Shown: positions 40,565-54,583 of the stretch, piece after piece | How the letters are laid out: the number at the start of each line of letters is the position of its first letter | How positions within the stretch are numbered: position 1 is the first letter of the stretch | Source: Eledone cirrhosa | Taxonomy: Eukaryota | Assembly: GCA_964016885.1 (NCBI GenBank) | Contig: OZ024746.1 | Coordinates: 54,126,001 to 54,190,000, forward strand | Length of the DNA: 64,000 nt | Direction of reading: 5' to 3' | Notes under the pieces: generated by a model | Told to the model about the DNA's origin: nothing | What the model saw: the letters and a program-made list of their open reading frames with translations, nothing else | The model's database searches: none | Position numbers and translations under genes: made by a program

Positions 40565-41233
40565 GAAAATAATTCTCTATAAGTATATATAGTGTACGCA
40601 TGTATGTATAGAGGTTAGAGCACTGGGCTTGCAAACGTACCAGGTGATGCCATTGTGTCCGTGAGTAAGATATTTTGTTTCGCGTTGCCCCAATTTACTC
40701 AGCTGTAGAAATATGTTGCGACATCTATGGTGCATTGCCCTATCGACTATTGCATTTCCGTTGGAGTACATCGGGGTCGTGGAGCAGGGAGGCTGGTATA
40801 CATGGGCGACTGCTGGTCTTCCGCATTCAAAATTGCCCGGACTTGTGTCTAGGTGTAAATCCCATGGTCATCTGTGATCGTAGAATATCTTTACCCATAT
40901 CTATTCACACACACACACACACACTCACACACATACAGACACACACACATAGACAGACACACGTACAGACACAGTCACACACACACATGCACACACAGTC
41001 ACACACAAAGACACACACACACACACACACACACTCACACACATATATATATGCATAAATAGTTCCACAACAGTTAGTTCAACATACTGAGAACAAATGT
41101 TTCACTTTTTCGGATCTTCAGCTGAAGATCCGAGCTGAGGATCCGAACTCGTCCCATGGACTGAATACTAGACTACTACGGATATAAAGCACCCGTGTTC
41201 TACTATTATATATATATGTATATATATATATAT

Positions 41234-42696
<1,463 letters not shown>

Positions 42697-42700
<4 letters not shown>

Positions 42701-43203
42701 TGAAACATGACTTCAGATTCACTAGATAAAATATATATCGTTTCCTCTCCCGATTAGCATAATTAACCATATAAAAAATCAATTAGACCAAGCTAAGAAA
42801 TCTCCGACAAATAACCGAAAGCAGCCCCTTCGCGGCGGTTACGGCGGAGTATTTATCGAACATTTCGACACCAGGTATAAGTCGACCAGATATACAGTCA
42901 ACTAAACACAATTATGTACATATTTAAATATGTACATATTTCTTCTAAGTTTATTTTACACCTAATTGTGTTTAGTTGACTGTATATCTGGTCGACTTAT
43001 ACCTGGTGTCGAAATGTTCGATAAATACTCCGCCGTAACCGCCGCGAAGGGGCTGCTTTCAGTTATTTGTCGGAGATTTCTTCATAGGAGCCTTTATTCT
43101 TATAGCTTGGTCTAATTAATTTTTTATATGGTTAATTATGCTAATCGGGAGAGGAAACAATATATATTTTATCTAGTGATTCTGAAGACGTGTTTTATGA
43201 TAT
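42697..43203. repeat. Large inverted repeat (~220-bp arms, ~48-bp spacer)
   Basis: 42697-42914 vs 42963-43203, 20-bp indel; no hammerhead found. Confidence 0.88.
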
Positions 43204-43289
43204 ATAGCTCTGATTATTTAATTTATTAATTCTTCATTGACCCGTTGCAAAACACATATATATCTATTACTTTATATATATGTAAACCT

Positions 43290-43359
<70 letters not shown>

Positions 43360-43365
<6 letters not shown>

Positions 43366-43602
43366 ATGCTTTGGGAGGGTCATGTTGCCAATAAGAAACA
43401 CACGCACCAGTTTTTTCAATCCAATTTATTATGAATTAAATTTATAGATTTATAAATTCATAAATTTAATTTATAATAAATTGGAATGAAAGCAACTGGT
43501 GCGTGTGTTTCTTATTGGCAACATGACCCTCCCAAAGCTTAACAATATACGTTTCAACACACGTTTTCAGATAAAGAATCTTGCTAAATAAATTCAGAAA
43601 CG

Positions 43603-43605
<3 letters not shown>
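43360..43605. mobile_element. Shorter palindromic copy of the 42068-42620 family, lacking the ribozyme
   Basis: gggagggtcatgttgccaataagaaac arms; same 3' end tcagaaacgaaa(TA)n. Confidence 0.85.
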
Positions 43606-43650
<45 letters not shown>

Positions 43651-43654
<4 letters not shown>

Positions 43655-44207
43655 GGAAAAAATGAAACGATATTTCATTTCCCACTCTTAGTACGGCTGT
43701 TACTTAAATATAAGTATGTACACGTACATACATATATGTATACAGACGTACAGTAGTTTGTATATATATATATACATACATGCACACATATATATATGCA
43801 CGTATGGATTCACCGAACATTTATTATAATGCTCGGTGTGTTTGTAAACAAACATCCCGTATTAAGCCGTAGTGTCTAGCAACCACCGTTGCTCGTTTGT
43901 TCAACACTGACAAAGGAACGCTGTACTAGTTTCAAGCTTGTTAGCTATCGTCAGCAACGTATACCTTCCTGCCAGATTGTTGAACGTATATACTTACCTT
44001 ATGCATATTAACGGCTGAGTAGCCCAATATGCATATCGAGTGGGTTAATCGGCCGGGTGCACCGAAAACGATAAACGGAAAAAATGAAACGATATTTCAT
44101 TTCCCACTCTTAATACGGCTGTTACTTAAATATAAGTATGTACACGTACATACATATATGTATACCGACGTACAGTAGTATGCATATTAACGGCTGAGTA
44201 GCCCAAT
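43651..44207 (-). mobile_element. Retrozyme-like element, 422-bp unit with partial tandem copy
   Basis: 43651-43757 repeated at 44073-44179; no ORF; internal hammerhead. Confidence 0.78.
43918..43960 (-). ncRNA. Minimal type I hammerhead ribozyme, intact core
   Basis: acgttg-CTGACGA-t-agct-aaca-agct-t-GAAAC-ta-GTA-cagcgt; palindromic ACTAGT. Confidence 0.85.
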
Positions 44208-44355
44208 TAGTAGCCTGAGGTATCTGGTCTTTAATGCGAAGAAATACATATGATGGCTAGTAGACTACTGATGACGGATAGTCCTGGCTTCTATTTCTAA
44301 CTCTTCATCTTAATTTGTATATCACATATGCAACAATACAGCACGCCATTGTTCA

Positions 44356-44436
<81 letters not shown>

Positions 44437-44601
44437 AGGTATCCGCCTGTTTATTCTGGTGCTGATAACATTGTTAGAACTCAATGCAGCCTTGCAGATA
44501 TTGTTTCAACGACATTACGGAGCGACGGCTATAGTCTTTGTAGTAGGCTAACAACACATAAACTTCCCTCAAAAATGTTACGCAAGCTACAGAGTCATTG
44601 A

Positions 44602-44667
<66 letters not shown>

Positions 44668-44712
44668 GACGTAAAATAAGAAAATTATAAAAATTAACTT
44701 ACTAAAATTTCA

Positions 44713-44792
44713 CTCCAACTAATTAGTTTCTGAAAGGGAATAAAGAAGGTTTCCGAAGAAACACTCGGAGAAATCCTTTCGTCATCACGGAA
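44713..44792 (-). ncRNA. Hammerhead motif with C3>G
   Basis: ttcc-GTGATGA-c-gaaagg...cctttc-a-GAAACT-aatt-AGTT-ggag. Confidence 0.6.
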
Positions 44793-45161
44793 GTCTATTC
44801 TCAGTTAAGTTTCCCGGCAATGCGTGGACAGAGGGAACTTATACAAAAATAATTCAGTGGATGGAAAAAAGCAAAGCGTGAACTGAGTTCCAAGACATTG
44901 AAAAAATCACTGCCTACTGGGTCGGTGGCAAATTCAAAGAATCGATCACGTGACAAATTATTTTGTTGAGCCAAAATTTGCCAAAACTGCTACTATAGTT
45001 CATAGTAATGGTTCGGCAGCTGTCTTCTTAACAAACCACTCCTCACTGATTAACCTCGATCTCACGTGATTGATTCTTTTGAATTTGCCACTAAAATCAT
45101 TTTAGTCCAGAATTAGCCATCGAAACGGCTTGAGCTCAGCCGTCGGGGTCCTACTCGTTCC

Positions 45162-45193
<32 letters not shown>

Positions 45194-45200
45194 TATACTG

Positions 45201-45232
<32 letters not shown>

Positions 45233-45459
45233 TACACACACACACATATATATATATATGGTGGCTGCCAACTCGTTTTCGAGTACGGCCAACACTTTAT
45301 ATCAATGTAGCAGAACTCCTACCGATGCACTTAACGAGTGTGACATTTTAGTCCAGCCAGCGATTTGAAAACTCTGGTACAAACACTACACTTGTGACAA
45401 TTACTGACACATAGTGCTGGGCCCATGGTACCCATGTATATATATATATATACATGCTT

Positions 45460-45498
<39 letters not shown>

Positions 45499-45499
45499 T

Positions 45500-45906
45500 A
45501 TACACCACCACCACCACCACCACCAGCACCTCCACCAGCACCACCACCAGCACCACCACCAGCACCACCACCACCAACAACAACAACAACAACCACACCA
45601 CCACCACCACCACCACCACCACCAATATATAAAACCACACCCTAAATCAATTTAGATACAATTTGATTCATTAAAAAAATTCTATTGTTTATATTTTCTT
45701 TCCTTCTTTCTTTCTAAATTTGCAAATTTTCTAATTATTTCTACCCCCCCCCCCCTGCTCCATCTTCTCCAACTCCTCTTGCCACTCCTTCTTCTGATCA
45801 TCATCGTCATCATCGTCATACTCATCAATGACATCATCACTAAACACGGTTCCCCATCAGCCCCTGCAACGCCACCACCACCACAAATACTACCACCACC
45901 AACAGC

Positions 45907-45937
<31 letters not shown>

Positions 45938-46520
45938 CCACCACCACCACCACCACCACCACCACCACCACCACCACCAGCACCATCACCAGTACCAGCA
46001 CCGCCACTACTATCATCAACAATACCACCACCACCACCATCAACACCACCACCACCACCACCACCACCACCACCACCACCACCACCACCACCAGCACCAT
46101 CACCAGTACCAGCACCGCCACTACTATCATCAACAATACCACCACCACCACCATCAACACAACCACCATCAACACCACCACCCCGCCACCACCAGCACCA
46201 ACACCACCACTACTATCAACAACAATACCCCTCCTCCCGCCATCACCAGCACCAGCACCATCACCACTACTACTATCAACAACAAACCACCACAACCACT
46301 ACCACCACCATCACCACCGCTACTACCAACAACAATACTACCACCACCACCAGCACCAGCACTACCAACGATACAACCATCACCACCATTATCAACATCA
46401 TTTTCAACATCACATTCATTTGTAATGTAATTAACACCATTAATACCACCATCACATCCTTCTCCTCCTCCTCCGCCTCATCATCACCAACATCATCATC
46501 ATCATAATCATTATCATCAT
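45500..46520. repeat. (CCA)n/(CAT)n low-complexity region
   Basis: Direct inspection. Confidence 0.9.
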
Positions 46521-46874
46521 CTTTGTCATAGATACACATACTCACACACACACACATATACACACGTATATGTATAAATAAACACGATTCCCACAACTCG
46601 TCAACTTTCAAACATATACAGACACACACAAACAAACAATACATATTTTCCATCTCTTTTCTATTTATTTCATTCTTACAACCGATCCACTCTAACTTTT
46701 CAACTGCATTCTGTTATTCCTCATTCCATCATATACATAATTCCGTTAATCTGCTACAACCCCCCCCCCCCCCATTCCTGGACCAATCTACTGAAGAGAT
46801 ATACGTGTTTGTCTTCAACATAGTTTTAAGAGAGATTCACAGTGGCATTGTGTGTGAGGGTCGGTCATTCAATT

Positions 46875-47493
46875 ACAAGGGAGATGGATTGGCAGTATCG
46901 GCAGAGCGTCGGACTCTATGCTTTGACGCATAGAGTTACGGCCCTTACCATTCTGATTTCAAATCTCGCCGAGGTTAACTTTACCTTTCAGCCTTATGGG
47001 GTCGATAACATAAAGTACCAGTAATACACTGGATTAATTGCTTACCTTGTGCCAAAAATAGAAACAATTATTATAAGGAAGGGTGGTGGATTGGCAGCAT
47101 CGGTAGTGCGTCGGACACCATGCTTTGCAGCATAGAGTTATGGCCCTTTACGTTCTGAGTTCAAATCCCGTCGGGTTTAGCGTTGCCTTTCATCCCGAAG
47201 GGATCGATAAAATAAAGCACTAGTAATACACAAGGGTCGATTTAATCGAAATTCTCCTCCCATTCAAATTGCTGGCCTTGTGCCAAATGTAGAAACAACA
47301 ATTATTATCATTTGGCAGTATCAATAGAGCGTTGGAGACAATGTTTTGCAGCACAGAGTTACTGCCTTTTACGTTCTGAACACAAATCCCTCCGGGGTTA
47401 ACTTTGCCTTTCATCCTTACGGGGTCGATAAAATAAAGTACCAGTAATGCACTGGGTAATTGCTGGCCTTGTGCCAAAAGTAGAAACAATTAT
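46875..47493 (+). mobile_element. Tandem trimer of SINE family 1
   Basis: Three head-to-tail units, each beginning with tggcag.atc..tag. Confidence 0.85.
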
Positions 47494-47630
47494 TCAATTA
47501 CAGATGCGACTCACTTTTTTCTGACTGAGTGTAATAGAACAACGTGAAGTAAAGTGTCTTGCCCAAGGAAGCAATTCAACGCCAAGAATATACCTGGAGA
47601 TATTACGATCGTGAGACGCACACACTAAAC

Positions 47631-47923
47631 CAGTCATGGGCAACCTGTGGCCCGCTGATCTTTCTGAATGGCTCACTTAAGTCACCTAAATGAAATCGTT
47701 CTGCTTTTTTTTACCGCAGCTTTTCAGTCGTAATTTATCTTTCTATCACTTTTTCGATCGAGGATAACAACGTGTACGAATTCTGAAGAAACAAATCAAA
47801 ACAACCTGAGTTACCACCCCTTCTTATTAATGTGAGCACGAACGTAAATTAGCGCTTGCGGCCCGACTGATGATGAGCCATATCCCATGCAGCCCACTTC
47901 CCGAAAATGGTTGCCCATGCCTG
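47631..47923. mobile_element. hAT-type MITE inserted in a SINE head
   Basis: TIRs cagtcatgggcaacc / ggttgcccatgcctg; 8-bp TSD cactaaac / ctctaaac (7/8). Confidence 0.8.
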
Positions 47924-48114
47924 CTCTAAACACTACGACATTATATGTATGTAAGTATGTATGTATCTATCTAACTATTTATCTGTCTATCTCTCTCTCT
48001 CTTTCTCTCGCCCCTCTCTCTCTTGTTTTTTTTTTTTTGTTTTTTTTTTTTTGTAAACCAATCGAACATTATTATTTATGTTCAATATAACCCATATGTA
48101 TATGTATACATGTG

Positions 48115-48212
<98 letters not shown>

Positions 48213-48587
48213 TGGACAAAGAAAAAAGATCGTGCCTGATTGTGGATGTGGCCTGCCCGTTCGACACGAGAGTGCAAGAGAAGGAGAGGGAGAAAATTAA
48301 CCGATACCAGGACCTAAAGTGGGAGGTGAAAAGGATTTGGAACTGCCATGAAGTCAAAGTGATCCCGATTGTCATAGGCGCACTGGGGACTATCTCCAAA
48401 AGTTTCCAGGGATGGTTAAAGAAAATCGGCCCCTTCACGCTTTTTGGAACGCTTCAAAAGGCATGCTTGCTTGGAACAGCAAGAACCCTCCGATACGTCC
48501 TGAATATCTGAGGCTGCAGGTAGTGGCTTGATATTCATTTCAACAAACTTTCCAGTTAACTAACATCAATGACTGAGACTCAAAGAG
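48213..48587 (+). mobile_element. Dong/R4 family A 3' fragment
   Basis: DKEKRSCLIVDVACP...YVLNI* between (AAT)n tracts. Confidence 0.92.
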
Positions 48588-48600
48588 TAATAACAACAAC

Positions 48601-48632
<32 letters not shown>

Positions 48633-49252
48633 GACTGTGTCTCACATTGTATCTGAGTGTAAACACCTGACCCAGACTCACTATAAAGGCTGGAGACATG
48701 ATTTGATTGCCAGGGCGATCCACTGGCACCTGTGCAAAGTTAACAATTTACCACATTCTGAGAAGTGTATGAGCATAAGCCAGAGTCAGTGATAGAAAAC
48801 GATCAGGTGAAGGTGCTGTGGGATTTTAGGATACAAACGGACAAGAAACTAGAACACAATAGACCTGACCTGGTGGTTTTGAACAAGGAAAAAAGATCGT
48901 GCCAGATTGTGGATGTGGCCTGCTCATTCGACACGAGAGTGTAAGAGAAGGACAGGGAGAAAATTAACCAATACCAGGACTTAAAGTGGGAGGTGAAAAG
49001 GATTTGGAACTTCCATGAAGTCAAAGTGGTCCCGATTGTCATAGGCGCACTAGGTACTATCTCAATGAGATTCGAGGGATGGTTAAAGACAATCGGCCTC
49101 GCCCCGCTTTTTGGAACACTTCAAAAGGCATGCTTGCTGGGAACAGCAAGAACCCTCCGATACGTCCTGAATATTTGAGCCTACAGGTAGTGGCTTGATA
49201 TTCATTTCAACAAACTTTCCAGTTAACCAACATCAATGACTGAGACTCAAAG
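48633..49252 (+). mobile_element. Dong/R4 family A 3' fragment, older and decayed
   Basis: Stops and frameshift; between (AAT)n tracts. Confidence 0.9.
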
Positions 49253-49255
49253 AAC

Positions 49256-49335
<80 letters not shown>

Positions 49336-49337
<2 letters not shown>

Positions 49338-50800
49338 CTTGTTGACACTGTCCGTATTTTCAGCAGTGATATATGTATGCAGTTTGGTATTGGTAAATGT
49401 GGAGTCATTGTGATGAAGAGGGGTAGGTTGAGCAGAAGTAACGGGATCCAGATACCAACAGGTGAGATGATAAAGGAAATTGACTCTGAGGAAGGATACA
49501 AGTATTTGGGCGTTCTGGAGGCTGATGGCATAAAGAACAAAAAAATGAAGGAATTGTTAAGAACTGAATACATTCGGAGAGTAAGGAGCGTATTGAAGTC
49601 ACATCTGAACAGCAGAAATGCCATAAGCGCAGTAAATTCCCGAGCTGTGTCTATTATTAGGTATAGCGCGGGAATTCTGAGATGGAATGTTGCTGAACAA
49701 AAAGAAATGGATAGGAAGACTAGGAAGCTATTGACTATCTACAACATGTTCCACAAGAGGAGTGATGTCGATAGACTCTACCTAAGGAGATCTGAGGGTG
49801 GAAGAGGTCTTATCAGCATAGAGGACTGTGTTCAGATGGAGAAAAACAACCTATACAAATACGTGACCTATAGTAAGGAGCCAATGCTCAGAACTGTACT
49901 GAAGGAGGGGACAGTAGGCCAGGGTATGTCCAAGGAGGAAATAACATCAAGGAGGAAGAGCAGCCTTAAGGGAAAATCCCTTCATAGTACCTTCTTTGAG
50001 AAAACTGAATTTAGAGATCCACAGACATGGAACTGGTTGAGAAGAGGAGACCTCAAAAAGGCTACAGAAGGAATGCTAATGGCTGCGCAGGAGCAGGCCC
50101 TCAAAACGCAGTGGTTGAAGCACCATATCTACAAGGAGGAGGCTAGCCCACTGTGCAGGATCTGTGGAGAGAGAGAGGAGACTGTGGCTCACATTGTGTC
50201 CGAGTGTAAACACCTAGCCCAGACCCACTATAAGGGCTGGAGACACGATGTGATGGGCAGGGTGATTCACTGGCACCTGTGCAAAGTAAACAATTTACCA
50301 CATTCTGAGAAATGGTATGAGCATAGGCCAGAGGCGGTGATGGAGAACAATCAGGTGAAGGTGCTGTGGGATTTTAGGATACAGACGGACAAAAAACTGG
50401 AACACAATAGACCTGACCTGGTGGTTGTGGACAAAGAAAAAAGATCGTGCCTGATTGTGGATGTGGCCTGCCCGTTCGACACGAGAGTGCAAGAGAAGGA
50501 GAGGGAGAAAATTAACCGATACCAGGACCTAAAGTGGGAGGTGAAAAGGATTTGGAACTGCCATGAAGTCAAAGTGATCCCGATTGTCATAGGCGCACTG
50601 GGGACTATCTCAAAAAGTTTCCAGGGATGGTTAAAGAAAATCGGCCCCTTCACGCTTTTTGGAACGCTTCAAAAGGCATGCTTGCTTGGAACAGCAAGAA
50701 CCCTCCGATACGTCCTGAATATCTGAGGCTGCAGGTAGTGGCTTGATATTCAATCCAACGGACTTCCCAGTTAACCAACATCAATGACTGAGATTCAAGG
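49336..50800 (+). mobile_element. Dong/R4 family A 5'-truncated young copy
   Basis: Near-identical to the reverse complement of 10592-12056, open frame. Confidence 0.94.
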
Positions 50801-50812
50801 AATAACAATAAC

Positions 50813-50868
<56 letters not shown>

Positions 50869-51128
50869 TTTCTTTATTAACCACAAGGGTTTACATAAAG
50901 TAGACATTAAGGACAGTGCAGGACAATGCAGGACGGTACAAATGGGCATTTCTGCGTGTAAAAAAACAAAAACAGAGGATGTAACAAAAATAACAATGAA
51001 AATAACAATGAAAAATTCCCCAATAGGGGGGAGACTTCGGAGGGACATTTGTGGAGAAAGCCCAGTAAAAAGCCACAATGACCCTGACCACCAAGGCAAG
51101 TGCCCTCTCCCAGTTTTCCACCTTTAGT

Positions 51129-54100
51129 TTACAGATATATACTCAGAGTCGGCCCATTCACTCGGGCCATTCTTGCTTCTCTCACCCATCTTTCAACAAA
51201 ATGCTGGGAAGAGAGCACTTCCTTCTCTACTCTGATTTTCCTTTTCAAATGAAATTTGAAAAAGTCAATCAGAGCATCACCGAAGAGGTAAGTGCTCGTC
51301 TTCAGCCCTTTCAAACGTGTCCACCATACTATCTCTTTCGCCATGGCCACCAGACAGATAAAAACTGCCTGCCCATCCCGGCTAAAGGAGGAGGGCGGGG
51401 CAATCCTCACGATGGACTCAGATGATAGCTGGATCCGTCCTAAACGCGACAGCAGGTGTTCGACATAAACCCACAAGTCAGCAATTTTCGGACACTGGAC
51501 GAGTGCGTGCAGGACGGTTTCGTCGCCCTGCGCGCATCTCGGACATGCCCGGCTGACGACACCTCCATGCCTGTAGAGTTTATCCCGAACTGGCAAGGCT
51601 CCTCGGTAGCACTGCCAGGCCAGAGATTTCTGGAAGTTGTCCATAGGCCCTGGCCCGAAAGTTCTTCCGAAGAGATTGGCTAGTTGATTTTCGTCGACGC
51701 CTAGAGTTTCCCCAAGTACGTCGTCGCTCTTCCCCTCCACTAATCCTCTATAGAACGCCGAGGTGGAGTTTCCACCGATCACATTGCCCGATTGGTCGAG
51801 GGCTGTGAGCGCCTGAAGACATTCCAGTCTCCAGGCGCTCCCTCTCTGTCTTCGCTTGACCCAGGACTGCAGCTCCGTCAAGGAAACGAGCTGGGGAAAA
51901 ACGCGTCTAGCAAACGGCGACCACACCTGATCACCGTCGAGGAAGAGGTGGAGATGTCGTAGCCTGAGCGCGTGCCTGCGCATCATCAGCCACGGCATGC
52001 CCAGCCCTCCACGTAGCGGGTGTTGACAACAGATGGACCGCCTGACCATCGGAGCACGTCCCTTCCACAAAAAGCGAAAGAGCAAACGCTCCAGCGCAGT
52101 CAGGCGAGGCTTAGGACAAGGTACGACGGTTAGGCGGTAGCAGATGACAGACGCGATGTACGCGTTAGCCACCTCCGCTCGACCTTTCAGGGATAGCTTC
52201 CTCTCCGCCCATTTCTGGGTGAGAGAAGCCACCCTGCTCGTCACCTCGTCCCAGTTTTTGTCCGTCTGGAGGTCCGGACCGAACCAGACCCCTAGCAATT
52301 TAACCGGTCCGTCCGTCCAGCGCCCGACGACGCTGTTGGACGGCATGGACCTGCCTCTCCAGGTGCCGAGCTGCAGGCCCACTGACTTTTCCTGGTTGAT
52401 CATTGCTCCTGTCACCGCTTCGTATTCTCTTAGTGTAGTGCCGATCGCCTCGATGTGTTTGGCGTTCGACACCACTACAGTGACATCGTCCGCATATGCT
52501 GACACGGATCTTCCGCATCCTAGTTCGCGCGGGACTCCCCTCAACGTCTCCAGTTTGTGCAGTAATGGCTCGAGAGTCAATACGTACAAGAGGGACGAGA
52601 GGGGACATCCTTGGCGGACCGAGCGCATGATGTTGAACGGTTCCGACAGGTGACCGTTCACTCTCACCACAGAGCAGATGTCGCTGTGCATGGCAGCGAT
52701 CCAGCCTCTGAAGACGGGCCCAAAGCCAGCCGCCCTCAGGACTGCCGCTAGGTAACGATGGTCGACCCTATCGAAAGCTTTCGACTGATCTAAATTGATC
52801 AAGGACCCACCCGTGCCAGGTTCCCTAGCTACCCTCTCTACGATGTATCGCATGAGGTGGAGGTTGTCGTGGATGGATCTGTCGGGAATGGCGCATGTCT
52901 GCGCCTCTCCCACCAGACCACCAACGACAAGCGCCAACCTCTTTGCTAGCACCTTGGCCAAAATCTTAAACTCTGTGTTTAGCAGAGTTATGGGCCGGAA
53001 ATTGTCTATGTTATCCCCCTTGTTCGGATCCTTTCTCAGCAGTGCCACCGCTCCTCGGCTCACAGAACTGGGAATTCTCCCGTTCTGTTGCCAGTTGCAG
53101 TAGACGTCCGCCAAGAGGCCTCCGAACAAGTCTGGCATCTGTACGTAAAGTTCATAGGGCAGACCATCCAAACCAGGCGATTTACCCCTTGTGCAGCCAG
53201 TCATTGCCTCCCGTACTTCAGCGGCTGTTATCGGCTTTTCGCAACACTTCGCCTCAGTGGCCGAGAGCCGCGGCAGTCCGTCGAGGTAGACACTAGAGTC
53301 CATCCCTCTACCCGGCCCCCCGCTGCCCCCGAACAGCTGAGCGAAGTGTCGCTGAAAAGCTTCACACATTTGCCCGGGATCGAGTAGCATGCGCCCGTCG
53401 TGGTCCACCAAAGACCGGATCGTGGCTTTGTTGCCACGACGCGCCTCCGCCACTCGGGCCCATTGAACGGCTTTCGTCCCCTCGTGTCTGAGAGCACGCA
53501 CCCTAGCTCTGACAACGCAGCCTTCGTGCTTTGCATTGAAGAATTGGTCAAGGGCCAATTTCGCCGCAAGCACGTCGGTCGCAATGCCTTTGCTAAGCGC
53601 CTCGTCTAATTTTCTAACTAGTTCTCCCTCTGCTCTATTTTTCTCTATTGCTAAAGCCTTACTAAACCTAATCGATTCTATTCTAATCGCTCTTTTCAGA
53701 GCAAACCACCACTTGTTGTTGACGATGGCCCCCGTCAACGCCCGCTTAACTAGTTCGCTAATCCGGTCTCTGTAGGCCTTGCGCGCTGGTAAGGACGCGT
53801 TTAGCTTCCAGTAGCCGGGTCCTCGTCTATGAAGCCTATCTAAGTCAAGCACACAGGTCACGAATTTGTGGTCCGTGTAGCTGACTATCTTGAATTGTGG
53901 ACAGCCTATGCTAGACCTATCTATTTCCCTACAAAATACTCTATCTAGATATGATCTGGATGACCCTATGCGGTTTGTCCAAGTCCACATTGGCACATTC
54001 GGGAAATCCAATCGGTACCTGTCAGACAGTTCAAAACGCCTGAGCAGGTTGGTGAGGCTCTTGCACCCTCCACCCCTATCCGCTAATCCCACACAGTCCC

Positions 54101-54548
54101 AGCGTGCATCTAAGATCCCGTTCCAGTCGCCCACTAACACTAAAGAGCGGGACGTTCCAAGAAAGGTCTCCAGACGCCGGAAGAAATCAGGCCGCCCTGC
54201 TCCTGTCGGGGCATAGACGGCCACTAGCCTGAAAGCTTGCCCGTCTCCGCTGGTCACGTCCAGCACCACCAGCTTACCCTCTGGGTCCAGGAAGATGGCC
54301 CGTATGGCGAGATCCAAACCTCTCCGAAAAAGCACAGCAACTCCTCCACCCGATCCAGGACGGCTGGGAGATGCGTACACATCGTAGCCGCCGAAGATCG
54401 GTGCGAAGGCCCGTGCTTCGGAGATTCTGGTCTCGCTGATGGCCACTACATCTATGTTTAGTGACCTGAGGTCGTTGAGCAGGTGACCCTGCTTCCATGA
54501 CGACCCCAAGCCACGCGCATTTATGCTGCCTATTCTGAGTGAGGTCAT
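51129..54548 (-). CDS. ORF2p APE-RT-CCHC (1139 aa)
   Basis: 9 aa differences from 6119-9538 by manual comparison. Confidence 0.96.
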   Translation of the reverse strand: MTSLRIGSINARGLGSSWKQGHLLNDLRSLNIDVVAISETRISEARAFAPIFGGYDVYASPSRPGSGGGVAVLFRRGLDLAIRAIFLDPEGKLVVLDVTSGDGQAFRLVAVYAPTGAGRPDFFRRLETFLGTSRSLVLVGDWNGILDARWDCVGLADRGGGCKSLTNLLRRFELSDRYRLDFPNVPMWTWTNRIGSSRSYLDRVFCREIDRSSIGCPQFKIVSYTDHKFVTCVLDLDRLHRRGPGYWKLNASLPARKAYRDRISELVKRALTGAIVNNKWWFALKRAIRIESIRFSKALAIEKNRAEGELVRKLDEALSKGIATDVLAAKLALDQFFNAKHEGCVVRARVRALRHEGTKAVQWARVAEARRGNKATIRSLVDHDGRMLLDPGQMCEAFQRHFAQLFGGSGGPGRGMDSSVYLDGLPRLSATEAKCCEKPITAAEVREAMTGCTRGKSPGLDGLPYELYVQMPDLFGGLLADVYCNWQQNGRIPSSVSRGAVALLRKDPNKGDNIDNFRPITLLNTEFKILAKVLAKRLALVVGGLVGEAQTCAIPDRSIHDNLHLMRYIVERVAREPGTGGSLINLDQSKAFDRVDHRYLAAVLRAAGFGPVFRGWIAAMHSDICSVVRVNGHLSEPFNIMRSVRQGCPLSSLLYVLTLEPLLHKLETLRGVPRELGCGRSVSAYADDVTVVVSNAKHIEAIGTTLREYEAVTGAMINQEKSVGLQLGTWRGRSMPSNSVVGRWTDGPVKLLGVWFGPDLQTDKNWDEVTSRVASLTQKWAERKLSLKGRAEVANAYIASVICYRLTVVPCPKPRLTALERLLFRFLWKGRAPMVRRSICCQHPLRGGLGMPWLMMRRHALRLRHLHLFLDGDQVWSPFARRVFPQLVSLTELQSWVKRRQRGSAWRLECLQALTALDQSGNVIGGNSTSAFYRGLVEGKSDDVLGETLGVDENQLANLFGRTFGPGPMDNFQKSLAWQCYRGALPVRDKLYRHGGVVSRACPRCAQGDETVLHALVQCPKIADLWVYVEHLLSRLGRIQLSSESIVRIAPPSSFSRDGQAVFICLVAMAKEIVWWTRLKGLKTSTYLFGDALIDFFKFHLKRKIRVEKEVLSSQHFVERWVREARMARVNGPTLSIYL

Positions 54549-54583
54549 GTTTAAAATAGAGTGGAAAAGATGGGAAAGACCAC

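Noticed and set aside
44268-44300. CTGATGA core (also 31836, 33766, 43182, 46791, 47867)
   Set aside because: No matching stem II/GAAA/stem I arrangement.
49236-50726. 496-aa poly-Ile/RLE fusion ORF
   Set aside because: Chance in-frame reading through (ATA)n into a truncated Dong copy.
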